Shown one piece after another: positions 1-9,118 of a DNA stretch of 64,000 nucleotides. Numbering within the stretch: position 1 is the first letter of the stretch; every line of letters begins with the position of its first letter. This stretch comes from Nitrospina sp. (lineage in GTDB: Bacteria > Nitrospinota > Nitrospinia > Nitrospinales > Nitrospinaceae), in NCBI GenBank assembly GCA_020430445.1, contig JAGQJZ010000002.1:5425-69424 (forward strand). Direction: 5' to 3'. The notes below the pieces were generated by a model. That model had not been told where the DNA came from, did no database searches, and saw only the letters and a program-made list of their open reading frames with translations. The translations under genes and the position numbers were made by a program.

Positions 1-137
1 TCCAGCGCCGGGTCGGGCAGGCGGGAGGGGTCCACCCCGTCGTGGTCTTCTCCCTCGTGGGCCAGGACGGCCAGCGGCAACACAACAGAAAGCAGCGTCC
101 ACAACAGGATTCCACGGAAGGAAAACTTCACCAACAT
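1..137 (-). CDS. hypothetical secreted protein, N-terminal fragment (gene runs off the left edge)
   Basis: ATG at 135-137 preceded by a GGGAGAGAG SD-like run. Translation MLVKFSFRGILLWTLLSVVLPLAVLAHEGEDHDG looks like a signal peptide. Only 45 codons are visible. Confidence 0.35.
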   Translation of the reverse strand, partial: MLVKFSFRGILLWTLLSVVLPLAVLAHEGEDHDGVDPSRLPDPAL

Positions 138-169
138 TCGATTCTCTCTCCCGGAGGGGCCGCCGGGGT

Positions 170-715
170 TCACTGTGATTTCAGGAGGTTTTCAAAATAT
201 TGCAGGGTGTCCGGCGCAGTCCAGTTTTCAGCTCCGCTCAGAACGCCGATGATATTACCCTCGGGATCGATCAGGTAGGTGGTGGGGAGGGACATCACAC
301 GGAACGAGTTGCTCACATCCAGACCGGGATCGAGGAGAACGGGAAAGGTCAACCCCTGCGCTTCGACGTAGGGTTTCACCACGCGCTCGCCGAACATGTC
401 GTTCGACACGCCGACGACTTCAAGCTTGCGCCCCTGGTACCGCCGGTACAGGGATTCCAGGGAAGGCATTTCCACCTTGCAGGGTCCGCACCAGGTGGCC
501 CAGAAATTGAGCAGAACGTAGCGGCCCCGGAAATCCTTCAAACGCACATCGCCCCCGTCGAGGGAGGGCAGGGAAAAGGCCGGCGCGGGGCGCGGGGCGG
601 TTTCGGCCCGGACGGAGACGGGCGACAGCGTCCACAGCAGGAAGCTTGTCAGCAGGACCGGGAACACAACAGTCCGGAAAACAGGCGCTGGAATGCGGAA
701 AATACGAGTGTTCAT
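170..715 (-). CDS. TlpA/ResA-like periplasmic thiol:disulfide oxidoreductase (redoxin)
   Basis: 181-aa ORF with an N-terminal signal/anchor segment, the thioredoxin-fold motif WATWCGPC, and LLNFWATWC...VVGVS context typical of the TlpA family. Confidence 0.9.
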   Translation of the reverse strand: MNTRIFRIPAPVFRTVVFPVLLTSFLLWTLSPVSVRAETAPRPAPAFSLPSLDGGDVRLKDFRGRYVLLNFWATWCGPCKVEMPSLESLYRRYQGRKLEVVGVSNDMFGERVVKPYVEAQGLTFPVLLDPGLDVSNSFRVMSLPTTYLIDPEGNIIGVLSGAENWTAPDTLQYFENLLKSQ

Positions 716-747
716 TACAGGTCAACCTCAAACGGGAACGAATGCCT

Positions 748-984
748 TCACCCATCAACGGCTTCTATACAGCGTACCATGGGGATGGCCTTTTTCAAGG
801 CCCTTTCGATGCCCATTTTGAGGGTCATGGCCGAACTGGAACAGGAACTGCAGGCCCCCACCATTCGCAGTTTCACCACCCCGTCATCAATGCCGATCAA
901 CTCGACGTTGCCGCCGTCGGCCATCAGGGTGGGGCGGAGTGTTTCAAGGACGGACTCCACTTCGTCCCGCATTTCCTCATCCAT
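748..984 (-). CDS. NifU-like (Nfu C-terminal domain) Fe-S cluster protein
   Basis: 78 aa starting MDEEMRDEVESVLETLRP...DGGNVELIGIDDGVVKLRMVGACSSCSSS. CxxC Nfu motif present. GGAGG sits 8 nt before the ATG at 982-984. The longer 234-aa ORF upstream looks like run-on. Confidence 0.85.
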   Translation of the reverse strand: MDEEMRDEVESVLETLRPTLMADGGNVELIGIDDGVVKLRMVGACSSCSSSAMTLKMGIERALKKAIPMVRCIEAVDG

Positions 985-1004
985 AGGGGAACCTCCAATC
1001 CGGC

Positions 1005-1774
<770 letters not shown>

Positions 1775-1802
1775 GGGAATTCCTGGGAGGGAGCCGATGC
1801 CG

Positions 1803-2102
1803 TCAGACGTGGGAACGCACCACGAGGTTGTCTTCCACCTTGATCTGGCAGGCCAGGCGCAGGTCGGGGTTTTTCTTGAGCGCCCGGCGGAGGTTGTTTT
1901 CCTCGACCTCGTTGCGCTCGCTCACCTTGCCCGACACGATCTCCACGCGGCAACTGCTGCACAGGCCGCGGCCCCGGCAGTTGAGCAGTTTGAAGATATG
2001 CGGGTAGATGCTGACCCGGTTGGCGATGGCCACCTCGCGCAGGTTCGCGCCGGGCTCGACCTTGACCTTCTTTTTAAAATTTTCAAAAAATATTTCTAGC
2101 AT
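1803..2102 (-). CDS. 2Fe-2S ferredoxin-like protein
   Basis: 99 aa from MLEIFFENF. Cys pattern C-x5-C-x2-C-x33-C (NCRGRGLCSSC...LACQ) is plant-type ferredoxin-like. Start chosen at the ATG at 2100-2102; the upstream part of the 163-aa ORF overlaps the next gene. Confidence 0.7.
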   Translation of the reverse strand: MLEIFFENFKKKVKVEPGANLREVAIANRVSIYPHIFKLLNCRGRGLCSSCRVEIVSGKVSERNEVEENNLRRALKKNPDLRLACQIKVEDNLVVRSHV

Positions 2103-2443
2103 GCTTCCACCTGGACGAACCGACCCAGTGTGCCCTTGCCCAGGTAACCGTGGAAGGCGCTTCCCACGCTGGTACACCGCGTCGTCATGTGAACGTATTG
2201 CCGCTCCCCGTTGTCCGCCTTGAGAACGCCGACCATGGAATAGGGCGGAATCACGCCGCCGCAATTGGCGCAGGCGACCGAATAACGCCGGCACAGGCCC
2301 AGCAGGCAGTCCGCGCAGAACACCGGGTGGAACAGGAAAATCTCTTCCCCTTCATATTCCACACAGGTGGGCCGCTGGCGCACCGCAACGCCGCATTCCT
2401 CACAATGATCTGCTCCCGGACTGGCCGAAGTCGCGTCTTGCAT
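2096..2443 (-). CDS. Cys-rich (zinc-ribbon-like) hypothetical protein
   Basis: 115 aa with CEEC, CADC and CANC pairs. Its stop overlaps the downstream ferredoxin-like start by 7 nt (translational coupling). I do not recognise a family. Confidence 0.55.
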   Translation of the reverse strand: MQDATSASPGADHCEECGVAVRQRPTCVEYEGEEIFLFHPVFCADCLLGLCRRYSVACANCGGVIPPYSMVGVLKADNGERQYVHMTTRCTSVGSAFHGYLGKGTLGRFVQVEAC

Positions 2444-2508
2444 GAAACAACGGAACGGAGTTGATTAATGAATCCGGATTAAAACCGCAATTTTAACCCA
2501 AGGGGGGT

Positions 2509-3552
2509 TCAATTGATACAGACATTTCGCATGTCTTCAAAGTTGTCGAGCACGGCGCCGGCACCCTTGACGATGCTCAGCAGGGGCTGGTCCGGCACGA
2601 AAGTGCGCAGGCCGGTGCGCTCCTCGATCAGGCGGTCGAGGCCGCGGATCAGCGCTCCGCCGCCGGTCAAATACAGTCCGTTCGAATGGATGTCCGAAGA
2701 CAGCTCCGGCGGGGTTTTTTCCAAAGCCCGCAGGACCACCGAGGCGATGCTGGCGATCGGCTCCCGTATGGCTTCGCGGATTTCCCCGTCGCTGACCACA
2801 ATGGAGTGAGGGACCCCGGTCTTGATATTCATGCCCCTGACCTCGATGTTCAGGGGCTCTTCCAGCGGATAGGCGGAGCCTACGGCGACCTTCACCCGCT
2901 CGGCTTCAAAAATACCGATGTTCATATGGTGTTCCAGGCGCATAAAACGGACGATCGCCTCGTCCATTTCGTCCCCAGCGATGCGGATCGATTCGCCGTA
3001 GGCAATCGCCGAAAGCGAGGTGATGGCCACGTCGGTGGTGCCGCCCCCGATGTCGATCACCAGGTTGCCTTCCGCCTTGTGCACCGGAATGCCCACGCCG
3101 ATAGCCGCGGCCATGGGTTCTTCCACCAGGTACACCTCGCGCACGCGCGCCATCTTGGCGGCATCGATGACGGCTTTCTTTTCCACCTGGGTGATGCAGG
3201 TCGGCACGCCCACCACCATGCGCGTGCGCACAAACCAGTATTGATTCATCACCTTGTCGATGAAGGTGGTGATCATGCGGTTGGTCATGTTGAAATCGGC
3301 GATCACGCCGTCTTTCATCGGACGGATCGTTTCCAGCCCGGCATGGGTGCGACCGTGCATTTTCTTGGCCTCCAGCCCCACCGCCTCGATGTGGCCGTGG
3401 CCATGCCCGTTGTTGCTGACCGCCACAACCGACGGTTCGTCGAGGACGATCCCCTTGTTCTTGATGTACACCAGGGTGTTGGCCGTGCCGAGATCCATGG
3501 CGACGTCGGAGTTGAGAAACCCCGTCATGCCCCCCCAGATTTTTTTGAACAT
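2509..3552 (-). CDS. mreB: rod-shape-determining actin homologue MreB
   Basis: 347 aa. MreB hallmarks: DLGTANTLVY, VAVPxxxT-like segment, IDIGGGTTDVA, LTGGGALIRGLD. Confidence 0.95.
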   Translation of the reverse strand: MFKKIWGGMTGFLNSDVAMDLGTANTLVYIKNKGIVLDEPSVVAVSNNGHGHGHIEAVGLEAKKMHGRTHAGLETIRPMKDGVIADFNMTNRMITTFIDKVMNQYWFVRTRMVVGVPTCITQVEKKAVIDAAKMARVREVYLVEEPMAAAIGVGIPVHKAEGNLVIDIGGGTTDVAITSLSAIAYGESIRIAGDEMDEAIVRFMRLEHHMNIGIFEAERVKVAVGSAYPLEEPLNIEVRGMNIKTGVPHSIVVSDGEIREAIREPIASIASVVLRALEKTPPELSSDIHSNGLYLTGGGALIRGLDRLIEERTGLRTFVPDQPLLSIVKGAGAVLDNFEDMRNVCIN

Positions 3553-3559
3553 GATGACC

Positions 3560-4963
3560 TCAGTTGTCCGAGGCGCGGGCCATGGAAATCCCGATCAGCG
3601 CGCTCAGGCTGTCGCCGTCGTCCGGATAAAACGCAAGCCCCAGGCTGACCTGGGCCTCCAGCGGCTCGTTGTCTATCGTAAAGGCTTCCTGCGCGAAAAT
3701 CTGGCGGAGACGGGTGCGCAGTCCACGGGCCTCCCCGGCGTCGATATCCATCAGCACCATCACGACGGAAGATTCGGAATATTTGAAAATGTATTTGGGA
3801 CTGGACACGGCCTGCGCCAGGATGGAAATGACCTGCTTCAAAAACAAGTCGCCTGTCTCCACACCGTAACGGCTGTAAATGGTGTGCAGGTTTTTCATCA
3901 GGGCGGTGAGCACGTGCACGGAACCGCCTTCGCGGAAAATTTCATTTTCCACCGCATGGATGTAGGTCGAAAGAAAGCGGTGGTTGGGAATGCCCGTCAC
4001 CTGGCACAGGTTCTTGTCGTATTCCCACTGGGTCTGGATCTCCGCGCATTTCAGGGCATTGGCGGAGAACGCGGCGATGAGCGTCCAGGTGTCCTGGTCG
4101 TTGGCGGAAAGACCGAAGGGCTCGTGCGTCCCGGCGACGATCATGCCGTGCATGTGGTCCCGGATCATGATGGGGATGGCCAAAAGCGATCCCATGAGTT
4201 CGGTGCGCTCCTTCTCGGAAAACACGACGACCTTGCGGTCGCTGGTATTGCGCATGAGAAACGGCTTTCGGTTTTTCGCGCAGGAACCGGCAAACCCCTT
4301 GCCCATTTCCACCGTCAGGGCGCGCAACTCCTGCTTCCAGCCGCGAAACCGCTGGATGCGCCCCTGCTCGCCTTCAAACCAGATCACGGCAACGGCGTCG
4401 ACCGCGGACACGGTTTCGGGAACCTGCACCAGCCTGTCGGACAGGGCGGAGCGGTCTTCCACGTCGGACAGGGTGCGGCACCATTCCACCACTTGGTGGA
4501 AATTCGCCAGGCCGGTGTTGTCGCCGGTTCCACCGAGGGTCCTCTCGCGGCTCAGGTGCCAGGCCATCTGCTCGGCAATGCTGCGGATGATTTTCTGTTG
4601 CTTGGTTGAAAAGCCGAACTGTTCCTTGGTGTCGATGACGAGGACGCCTTCGAGCCCCTGGGCCACTACGGGAACGGCCAGCACGCCCTTGATTTCCTCA
4701 TGCGCGGTGTATTGCGGCAACTCGGGGATGGTACCGTTGGCGAATTCCTCATGCCAGGCGCGTTTGTCCCGCGCCACCTGGCCGATCGGGCCCTGCCCGA
4801 TGGGCACCACGGATTCGGCATTGATGTTGGAACTCATGGACCAGTGCTCGCGCAGGGCGAGGGTGCGCTGGTCGGACTGGGCGACGTACAACGCGGTGGT
4901 GAACGCGTCGCTCACGTTGCTGGTCAGCTCTATCAACCGGGAAAGAACGTTTCTGGAAGTCAT
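3560..4963 (-). CDS. GAF-domain protein with degenerate GGDEF-like C-terminal domain
   Basis: 467 aa. Two GAF-like regions, then a GGDEF-fold tail (HRFL...VISILAQ...FKYSESSVVMVLMD...ISLGLA) in which the GG(D/E)EF motif reads YSESS. Its stop lies 7 nt upstream of the mreB start. Confidence 0.8.
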   Translation of the reverse strand: MTSRNVLSRLIELTSNVSDAFTTALYVAQSDQRTLALREHWSMSSNINAESVVPIGQGPIGQVARDKRAWHEEFANGTIPELPQYTAHEEIKGVLAVPVVAQGLEGVLVIDTKEQFGFSTKQQKIIRSIAEQMAWHLSRERTLGGTGDNTGLANFHQVVEWCRTLSDVEDRSALSDRLVQVPETVSAVDAVAVIWFEGEQGRIQRFRGWKQELRALTVEMGKGFAGSCAKNRKPFLMRNTSDRKVVVFSEKERTELMGSLLAIPIMIRDHMHGMIVAGTHEPFGLSANDQDTWTLIAAFSANALKCAEIQTQWEYDKNLCQVTGIPNHRFLSTYIHAVENEIFREGGSVHVLTALMKNLHTIYSRYGVETGDLFLKQVISILAQAVSSPKYIFKYSESSVVMVLMDIDAGEARGLRTRLRQIFAQEAFTIDNEPLEAQVSLGLAFYPDDGDSLSALIGISMARASDN

Positions 4964-5236
4964 CGAAGGACGAATCCGCCGGGGATCCTGGTGCGCCGAA
5001 GTTGCAGGATGCCCGGATGGGCAAATTTTTGCTGGAAAGGCTACAGAAAAGAAGCGGGCGGTCCGAGCCCTGGAGCGGACTCCTGACGGGAGCGAACCCA
5101 GGGAAATTTTCCGGAAAAGCGGGAAGATTTCCCCGCTGCTGGCATCATAGTATCGTTCCGGGTGGGCAGTGTCAATTAATTAAAATTCAATGTTTTCTCC
5201 CGATTTAGCCGTATTTCCGCAAGGAATGAAATCGGC

Positions 5237-5288
5237 TTGACAAGTCTCCTCCGCCCGCTTTATACTCCTGTGCTTTTACTGGTATAGT
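5237..5288 (+). promoter_or_regulatory. tandem sigma70-like promoters upstream of tRNA-Val
   Basis: TTGACA (5237-5242), 18-nt spacer, TATACT (5261-5266). This is followed by an extended -10, TGgTATAGT (5280-5288). Confidence 0.45.
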
Positions 5289-5362
5289 GAAACGTTGCCG
5301 CCGGGCCAGGGTCACACGGGCTCCGGCATTGCCCTCCGGGGCAGGCAACACCAGGACATGCC

Positions 5363-5435
5363 GGGCTGATAGCTCAGCTGGGAGAGCACCGGCCTTACAA
5401 GCCGGGGGTCACAGGTTCGATCCCTGTTCAGCCCA
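5363..5435 (+). tRNA. tRNA-Val (anticodon TAC)
   Basis: Hand-folded cloverleaf: acceptor GGGCTGA/TCAGCCC, D arm GCTC/GAGC, anticodon stem CCGGC/GCCGG with loop CTTACAA, T arm ACAGG-TTCGATC-CCTGT, discriminator A. CCA is not encoded. Confidence 0.9.
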
Positions 5436-5562
5436 CCCCTTCGCTGGGGAGGCAGCTGCTTAACACCGTAGGTTGCTTCAGGAATTCCTGCAGCAGAATC
5501 AATACGGTGATTGCCAGTTTGCCAACCGCAAAGTCCGCCGGACGATTTGTACTTTAAATGTT

Positions 5563-5591
5563 TTGCTATTTTAAAAGCTGTGCCCTATTAT
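5563..5591 (+). promoter_or_regulatory. sigma70-like promoter upstream of tRNA-Asp
   Basis: TTGCTA (5563-5568), 17-nt spacer, TATTAT (5586-5591), about 28 nt before the tRNA 5' end. Confidence 0.45.
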
Positions 5592-5618
5592 TTATGAATA
5601 AAGCGCAGCACCTTAAAC

Positions 5619-5692
5619 GGGGTCGTAGTTCAGTTGGTTAGAACGCTGGCCTGTCACGCCAGAGGTCGCGAGTTCGAGTCTCGTCGGCCCCG
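5619..5692 (+). tRNA. tRNA-Asp (anticodon GTC)
   Basis: Hand-folded cloverleaf: acceptor GGGGTCG/CGGCCCC (one G-T pair), D arm GTTC/GAAC, anticodon stem CTGGC/GCCAG with loop CTGTCAC, T arm GCGAG-TTCGAGT-CTCGT, discriminator G. Followed by a T-run. Confidence 0.9.
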
Positions 5693-5790
5693 CCTTTTTT
5701 ACCCTGTCCGCCCAGGTCAATGGCGGCTTTTCCCCCAATAGCGCTGCAACCGTGGAATCAGCGGATGCCCGCCTTTGGCTTGAGGTTCCC

Positions 5791-6273
5791 ATGATTGCAA
5801 AAGGCAGTGTAGTCAGTTTGAATTACACCCTTAAAAATGATAGCGGCGAAGTGATCGACGAAAGCTCCGGCGGAGAACCTTTCGCCTACATTCACGGTTC
5901 CGGACAGATTGTCCCGGGACTGGAAAGCGCGCTCGACGGCGCGAAACTGGGCGACAAAAAAGATGTCGTGGTTTCTCCGGAAGAGGGTTATGGCGAAATC
6001 AACGACGAGTTGAAATTCAAGGTCGAGCGCTCGAATTTCCCCAGCGACAAGGAGCTGGAACCCGGGTTACAGTTCATGGCGGAAATGAAGGACGGACGCC
6101 AGGTGCCCTTCATCATCGAAAAAGTCGAAGGCGAGGAAGTGCACATCAACGGCAACCACCCGCTTGCGGGGCAAACCCTCCACTTCTCGGTCGAGGTGAC
6201 CGAAGTCCGCGATGCGACGAAAGAAGAACTCGAACACGGCCATGTGCACGGCACCGGCGGGCACCACCACTGA
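5791..6273 (+). CDS. slyD: FKBP-type peptidyl-prolyl isomerase SlyD
   Basis: 160 aa from MIAKGSVVSLNYTLKNDSGEVIDES...IHGSGQIVPGLE...HPLAGQTLHF, with the His-rich tail HGHVHGTGGHHH. GAGG lies 5 nt before the ATG at 5791. The track ORF starts at an upstream GTG. Confidence 0.9.
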   Translation: MIAKGSVVSLNYTLKNDSGEVIDESSGGEPFAYIHGSGQIVPGLESALDGAKLGDKKDVVVSPEEGYGEINDELKFKVERSNFPSDKELEPGLQFMAEMKDGRQVPFIIEKVEGEEVHINGNHPLAGQTLHFSVEVTEVRDATKEELEHGHVHGTGGHHH

Positions 6274-6293
6274 CCCGCTCAATCCCTGTAAAG

Positions 6294-6329
6294 AAAAAAA
6301 GCCGCCCCGTTCACGGGGCGGCTTTTTTT
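6294..6329. terminator. bidirectional rho-independent terminator between convergent slyD and the response-regulator gene
   Basis: AAAAAAA-GCCGCCCCG-ttca-CGGGGCGGC-TTTTTTT. Perfect 9-bp GC stem flanked by an A-run and a T-run. Confidence 0.75.
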
Positions 6330-6391
6330 ATTCCGGCGTTCCATCCTTCACGGTTGTTTTGACCGGATTCCACAACCGGGCGGTCCGTGAT

Positions 6392-7945
6392 TTAACAGAC
6401 GCCCTGTTGCGAGCGCAGCATGGCCTGATTGATTTTTTCTTCCAGTTGGTAACCGGTGAACGGTTTCAACAGGTACTGGCTGGCGCCGCACTGGATGATA
6501 TTCAGAATGACGTCCCGCCTGTCCTCTTCGGACACAACGATTATGGGCAAACTGACAAATTCCGGGTTTGCCCGAACGTTCTGGATCAATTCAAGGCCGG
6601 TCATGTAAGGCATGTACAGGTCCGTGATGACCAGATCAAAATTTCTTCCCTCCAGCTTTTTCAACGCCTGGGTTCCGCTTGCGGCCTCGACGATGTTTTC
6701 ATTGGCGAACCCCAGTTGCCGGGCGATCATCCTGTAAGCGGAGCGCATGGTTTGAATATCGTCCACAATGAGCAATTTGTCATTTTCGTGGGATTTCAGA
6801 AGCAGGGGGACCGTCTTTTTGAGCTTGGGAATGATCCTATCGTCGAAGACGTAATCCGATTCGCTTTGAGAGTCGATTTCCGGGTCGTTACAATCTTCAT
6901 GGTTGATTTGGGATATTTTTGGAAATTCCTTTTCAAATGCGCCAACCAGTTGGGGATCGAACATGGCCCCTGAACTTTCCTTGATTTTTGCCAGCGCTTC
7001 TTCGGCCGACAACCTGGGACGGTACGGACGTGGAGACGTCATGGCGTCGAACGCATCGCAGATGCAAACGATCCTGGCTTCCAGTTGAATGCTTTCTCCC
7101 CTGAGTCCTTCGGGATACCCTGTTCCGTCCCAGTTTTCGTGGTGTTCGAGAGCGATGGACTGCGCCATACGCATCAAGGGAGTGTCGAGGCCGGACAGCA
7201 ATTCCGCGCCAAGCACCGGATGGGTTCTGACAGCTTTCCACTCCACCGGCGTCAAGGGACCCGGCTTGTCAAAGATCGGCCGCGGCACCCCGATCTTTCC
7301 TATGTCATAGGTTGAACTCGCCAGCTTGATCTGGTTACAGCGTTCCGCACTGAGGCCAATATTCTTTGCGATCAAATAAGCAAAATGGCTGACGCGCAGA
7401 AAATTATCCCGGTTCTCCTTGAAGTGCACGCGGTTAGCCCGGCACAACCCCTGTAAAACATCGAGTTCGACATCGTGCGATTTCCGGGAGAGTTTCCGCG
7501 CCATGTATTGTTTCTTTTCCTTTTCATTGTTTGCACTTTCAACGGTCTTGCATGTAAATTTCAGGATATTCTTTACTCGAAGAATGACTTCAGAGTAGTC
7601 AAATGGTTTGCTGAGGAAATCGATTGCCCCTTCGTTCAGGGCCCGCAGGCGTATATGGGATTCGCTTTCCGCCGTGAGGACCATGATCGGAATCTGCCGG
7701 TCCTGTGGGTATTCCAGAATTTCCTTCATGATCTGAAACCCGTCCGGTTCAGGCATTCTCAGGTCGAGAAGGAGCAGATCGGGTTTGAACTGATCAAAAG
7801 CTTTGGTGAATTTTTTTGAATTGCGCTCGGCATGGACATTGACGAAACCGGCGTTTGCGAGCGTTTTTTTTAGCAGGAGGATGTTAGGGGCCTCATCATC
7901 CACAATCAAAATACGACTCGACAGGATTTTGGCTTCATTAACCAT
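6392..7945 (-). CDS. REC / HD-GYP-like (HD dyad reads YD) / REC protein
   Basis: N-terminal receiver (ILIVDDE...LLLLDLRMP...SKPFD). Central HD-GYP fold with HHENWDGTGYP, but TYDIGKIGVP where HD is expected. C-terminal second receiver (LLIVDD...VITDLYMP...LKPF). ATG at 7943-7945 with AGGAG 10 nt upstream; the track start at 7969 is a TTG. Confidence 0.85.
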   Translation of the reverse strand: MVNEAKILSSRILIVDDEAPNILLLKKTLANAGFVNVHAERNSKKFTKAFDQFKPDLLLLDLRMPEPDGFQIMKEILEYPQDRQIPIMVLTAESESHIRLRALNEGAIDFLSKPFDYSEVILRVKNILKFTCKTVESANNEKEKKQYMARKLSRKSHDVELDVLQGLCRANRVHFKENRDNFLRVSHFAYLIAKNIGLSAERCNQIKLASSTYDIGKIGVPRPIFDKPGPLTPVEWKAVRTHPVLGAELLSGLDTPLMRMAQSIALEHHENWDGTGYPEGLRGESIQLEARIVCICDAFDAMTSPRPYRPRLSAEEALAKIKESSGAMFDPQLVGAFEKEFPKISQINHEDCNDPEIDSQSESDYVFDDRIIPKLKKTVPLLLKSHENDKLLIVDDIQTMRSAYRMIARQLGFANENIVEAASGTQALKKLEGRNFDLVITDLYMPYMTGLELIQNVRANPEFVSLPIIVVSEEDRRDVILNIIQCGASQYLLKPFTGYQLEEKINQAMLRSQQGVC

Positions 7946-7999
7946 GGATCCGTAACTCCTGGAACCCAATGGGCATTGTCTGTTAAAGATTATCGGTTG

Positions 8000-9088
8000 T
8001 TAATTGAACACATTCACAACGGCGGATTGCTGGTGGTCCGGAAACCCTTCCATGATTTTTTCGATCTGGGAAAGGTTTTGTTTGAACAAGTCCACCAGTT
8101 GAGGGTCGAAAAGGATGCCGGATTTGTTTTCAATTTCCTCCACGGCCTCGTTGACCGGCCAGGCCTTTTTATAAGGACGCTCGCTGCACAACGCGTCGAA
8201 AACGTCCGCCAGCATGACGATCCGCCCTTCAATCGGAATTTCCTCTCCCTTCAATCCATTCGGGTAGCCCTTGCCGCAAAACTGTTCATGATGGGCTAAA
8301 GCGATTTGTTCCGCCATCTTCATGAGAGGCGAGGTTCCCGAGGCGAGGATTTCCGCCCCGATCTGGCTGTGGGTTTTCATGATTTTCCATTCCTCCGCAT
8401 CCAGCTTTCCGGGCTTGAGCAGAATGCGGTCCGGGATTCCTATTTTCCCCACATCGTGCATGGGACTCGCCTGCTGGATGAGCTTGCAGGTTTCATCCGG
8501 CAGGCAGGCGGCCCGGGCCAGAACTTCGCTGTACAGGCTCATGCGCATAACGTGCATGCCCGTTTCATTGTCCCGGTATTCCGCCGCCTTGCCCAGGCGA
8601 TTGATTGCCTCCAGCCGGGAGATTTCCAGGTCCCGGGTGCGCTCCGCCACTTTTTCGTCCAGAATTTCGTTTTGCCGCAGGGCCCGGTTGTAGAGCAACC
8701 GCATCGTCAGCATGTTTTTGATACGGGTGAGGACCTCGAGAAAGTTGAGCGGCTTCGAGAGAAAATCCATGGCCCCGGCTTTGAGCGCCCGCAGGCGGAT
8801 CTGATCGTCGGTCTGGGCCGTCAACACCAGAATGGGAGGGGCGTCGACTTCCGCGGACACCTGCTCCATGACGGCGAACCCATCGAGATGCGGCATGTTC
8901 AGGTCAAGCAGTATGATGTCCGGCCGGATCTCCTGGTACAGGGAAAGGGCGTTACGGGAGTCCTCCACGGAATAGACGGAAACATAACCATCCGACTGCA
9001 ACAGTTTCTCCAGCAGGAGGACATTGGCGTGTTCATCGTCCACGACCATGACCTTGGCTTTTTGTCGTTCTTCCTGGTCAATCAGCAT
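8000..9088 (-). CDS. response regulator with HD-GYP c-di-GMP phosphodiesterase domain (RpfG-like)
   Basis: 362 aa. Receiver (VMVVDDE...IILLDLNMP...SKPLN) followed by MHDVGKIGIP and HHEQFCGKGYP. Confidence 0.9.
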   Translation of the reverse strand: MLIDQEERQKAKVMVVDDEHANVLLLEKLLQSDGYVSVYSVEDSRNALSLYQEIRPDIILLDLNMPHLDGFAVMEQVSAEVDAPPILVLTAQTDDQIRLRALKAGAMDFLSKPLNFLEVLTRIKNMLTMRLLYNRALRQNEILDEKVAERTRDLEISRLEAINRLGKAAEYRDNETGMHVMRMSLYSEVLARAACLPDETCKLIQQASPMHDVGKIGIPDRILLKPGKLDAEEWKIMKTHSQIGAEILASGTSPLMKMAEQIALAHHEQFCGKGYPNGLKGEEIPIEGRIVMLADVFDALCSERPYKKAWPVNEAVEEIENKSGILFDPQLVDLFKQNLSQIEKIMEGFPDHQQSAVVNVFN

Positions 9089-9118
9089 AGCACCTCCATG
9101 AAATTCCCAAATTCCATT

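Noticed and set aside
3560-4963. An active diguanylate cyclase upstream of mreB.
   Set aside because: - The GG(D/E)EF position reads YSESS.
- No RxxD I-site is visible.
- It is therefore treated as a degenerate, probably non-catalytic domain.
5363-5692. The tRNA-Val/tRNA-Asp pair as an integration site for a genomic island.
   Set aside because: - No integrase is adjacent.
- I noticed no duplicated tRNA 3' segment downstream, though I could not search exhaustively.
- The flanking genes (GAF/mreB, slyD) look like core genes.
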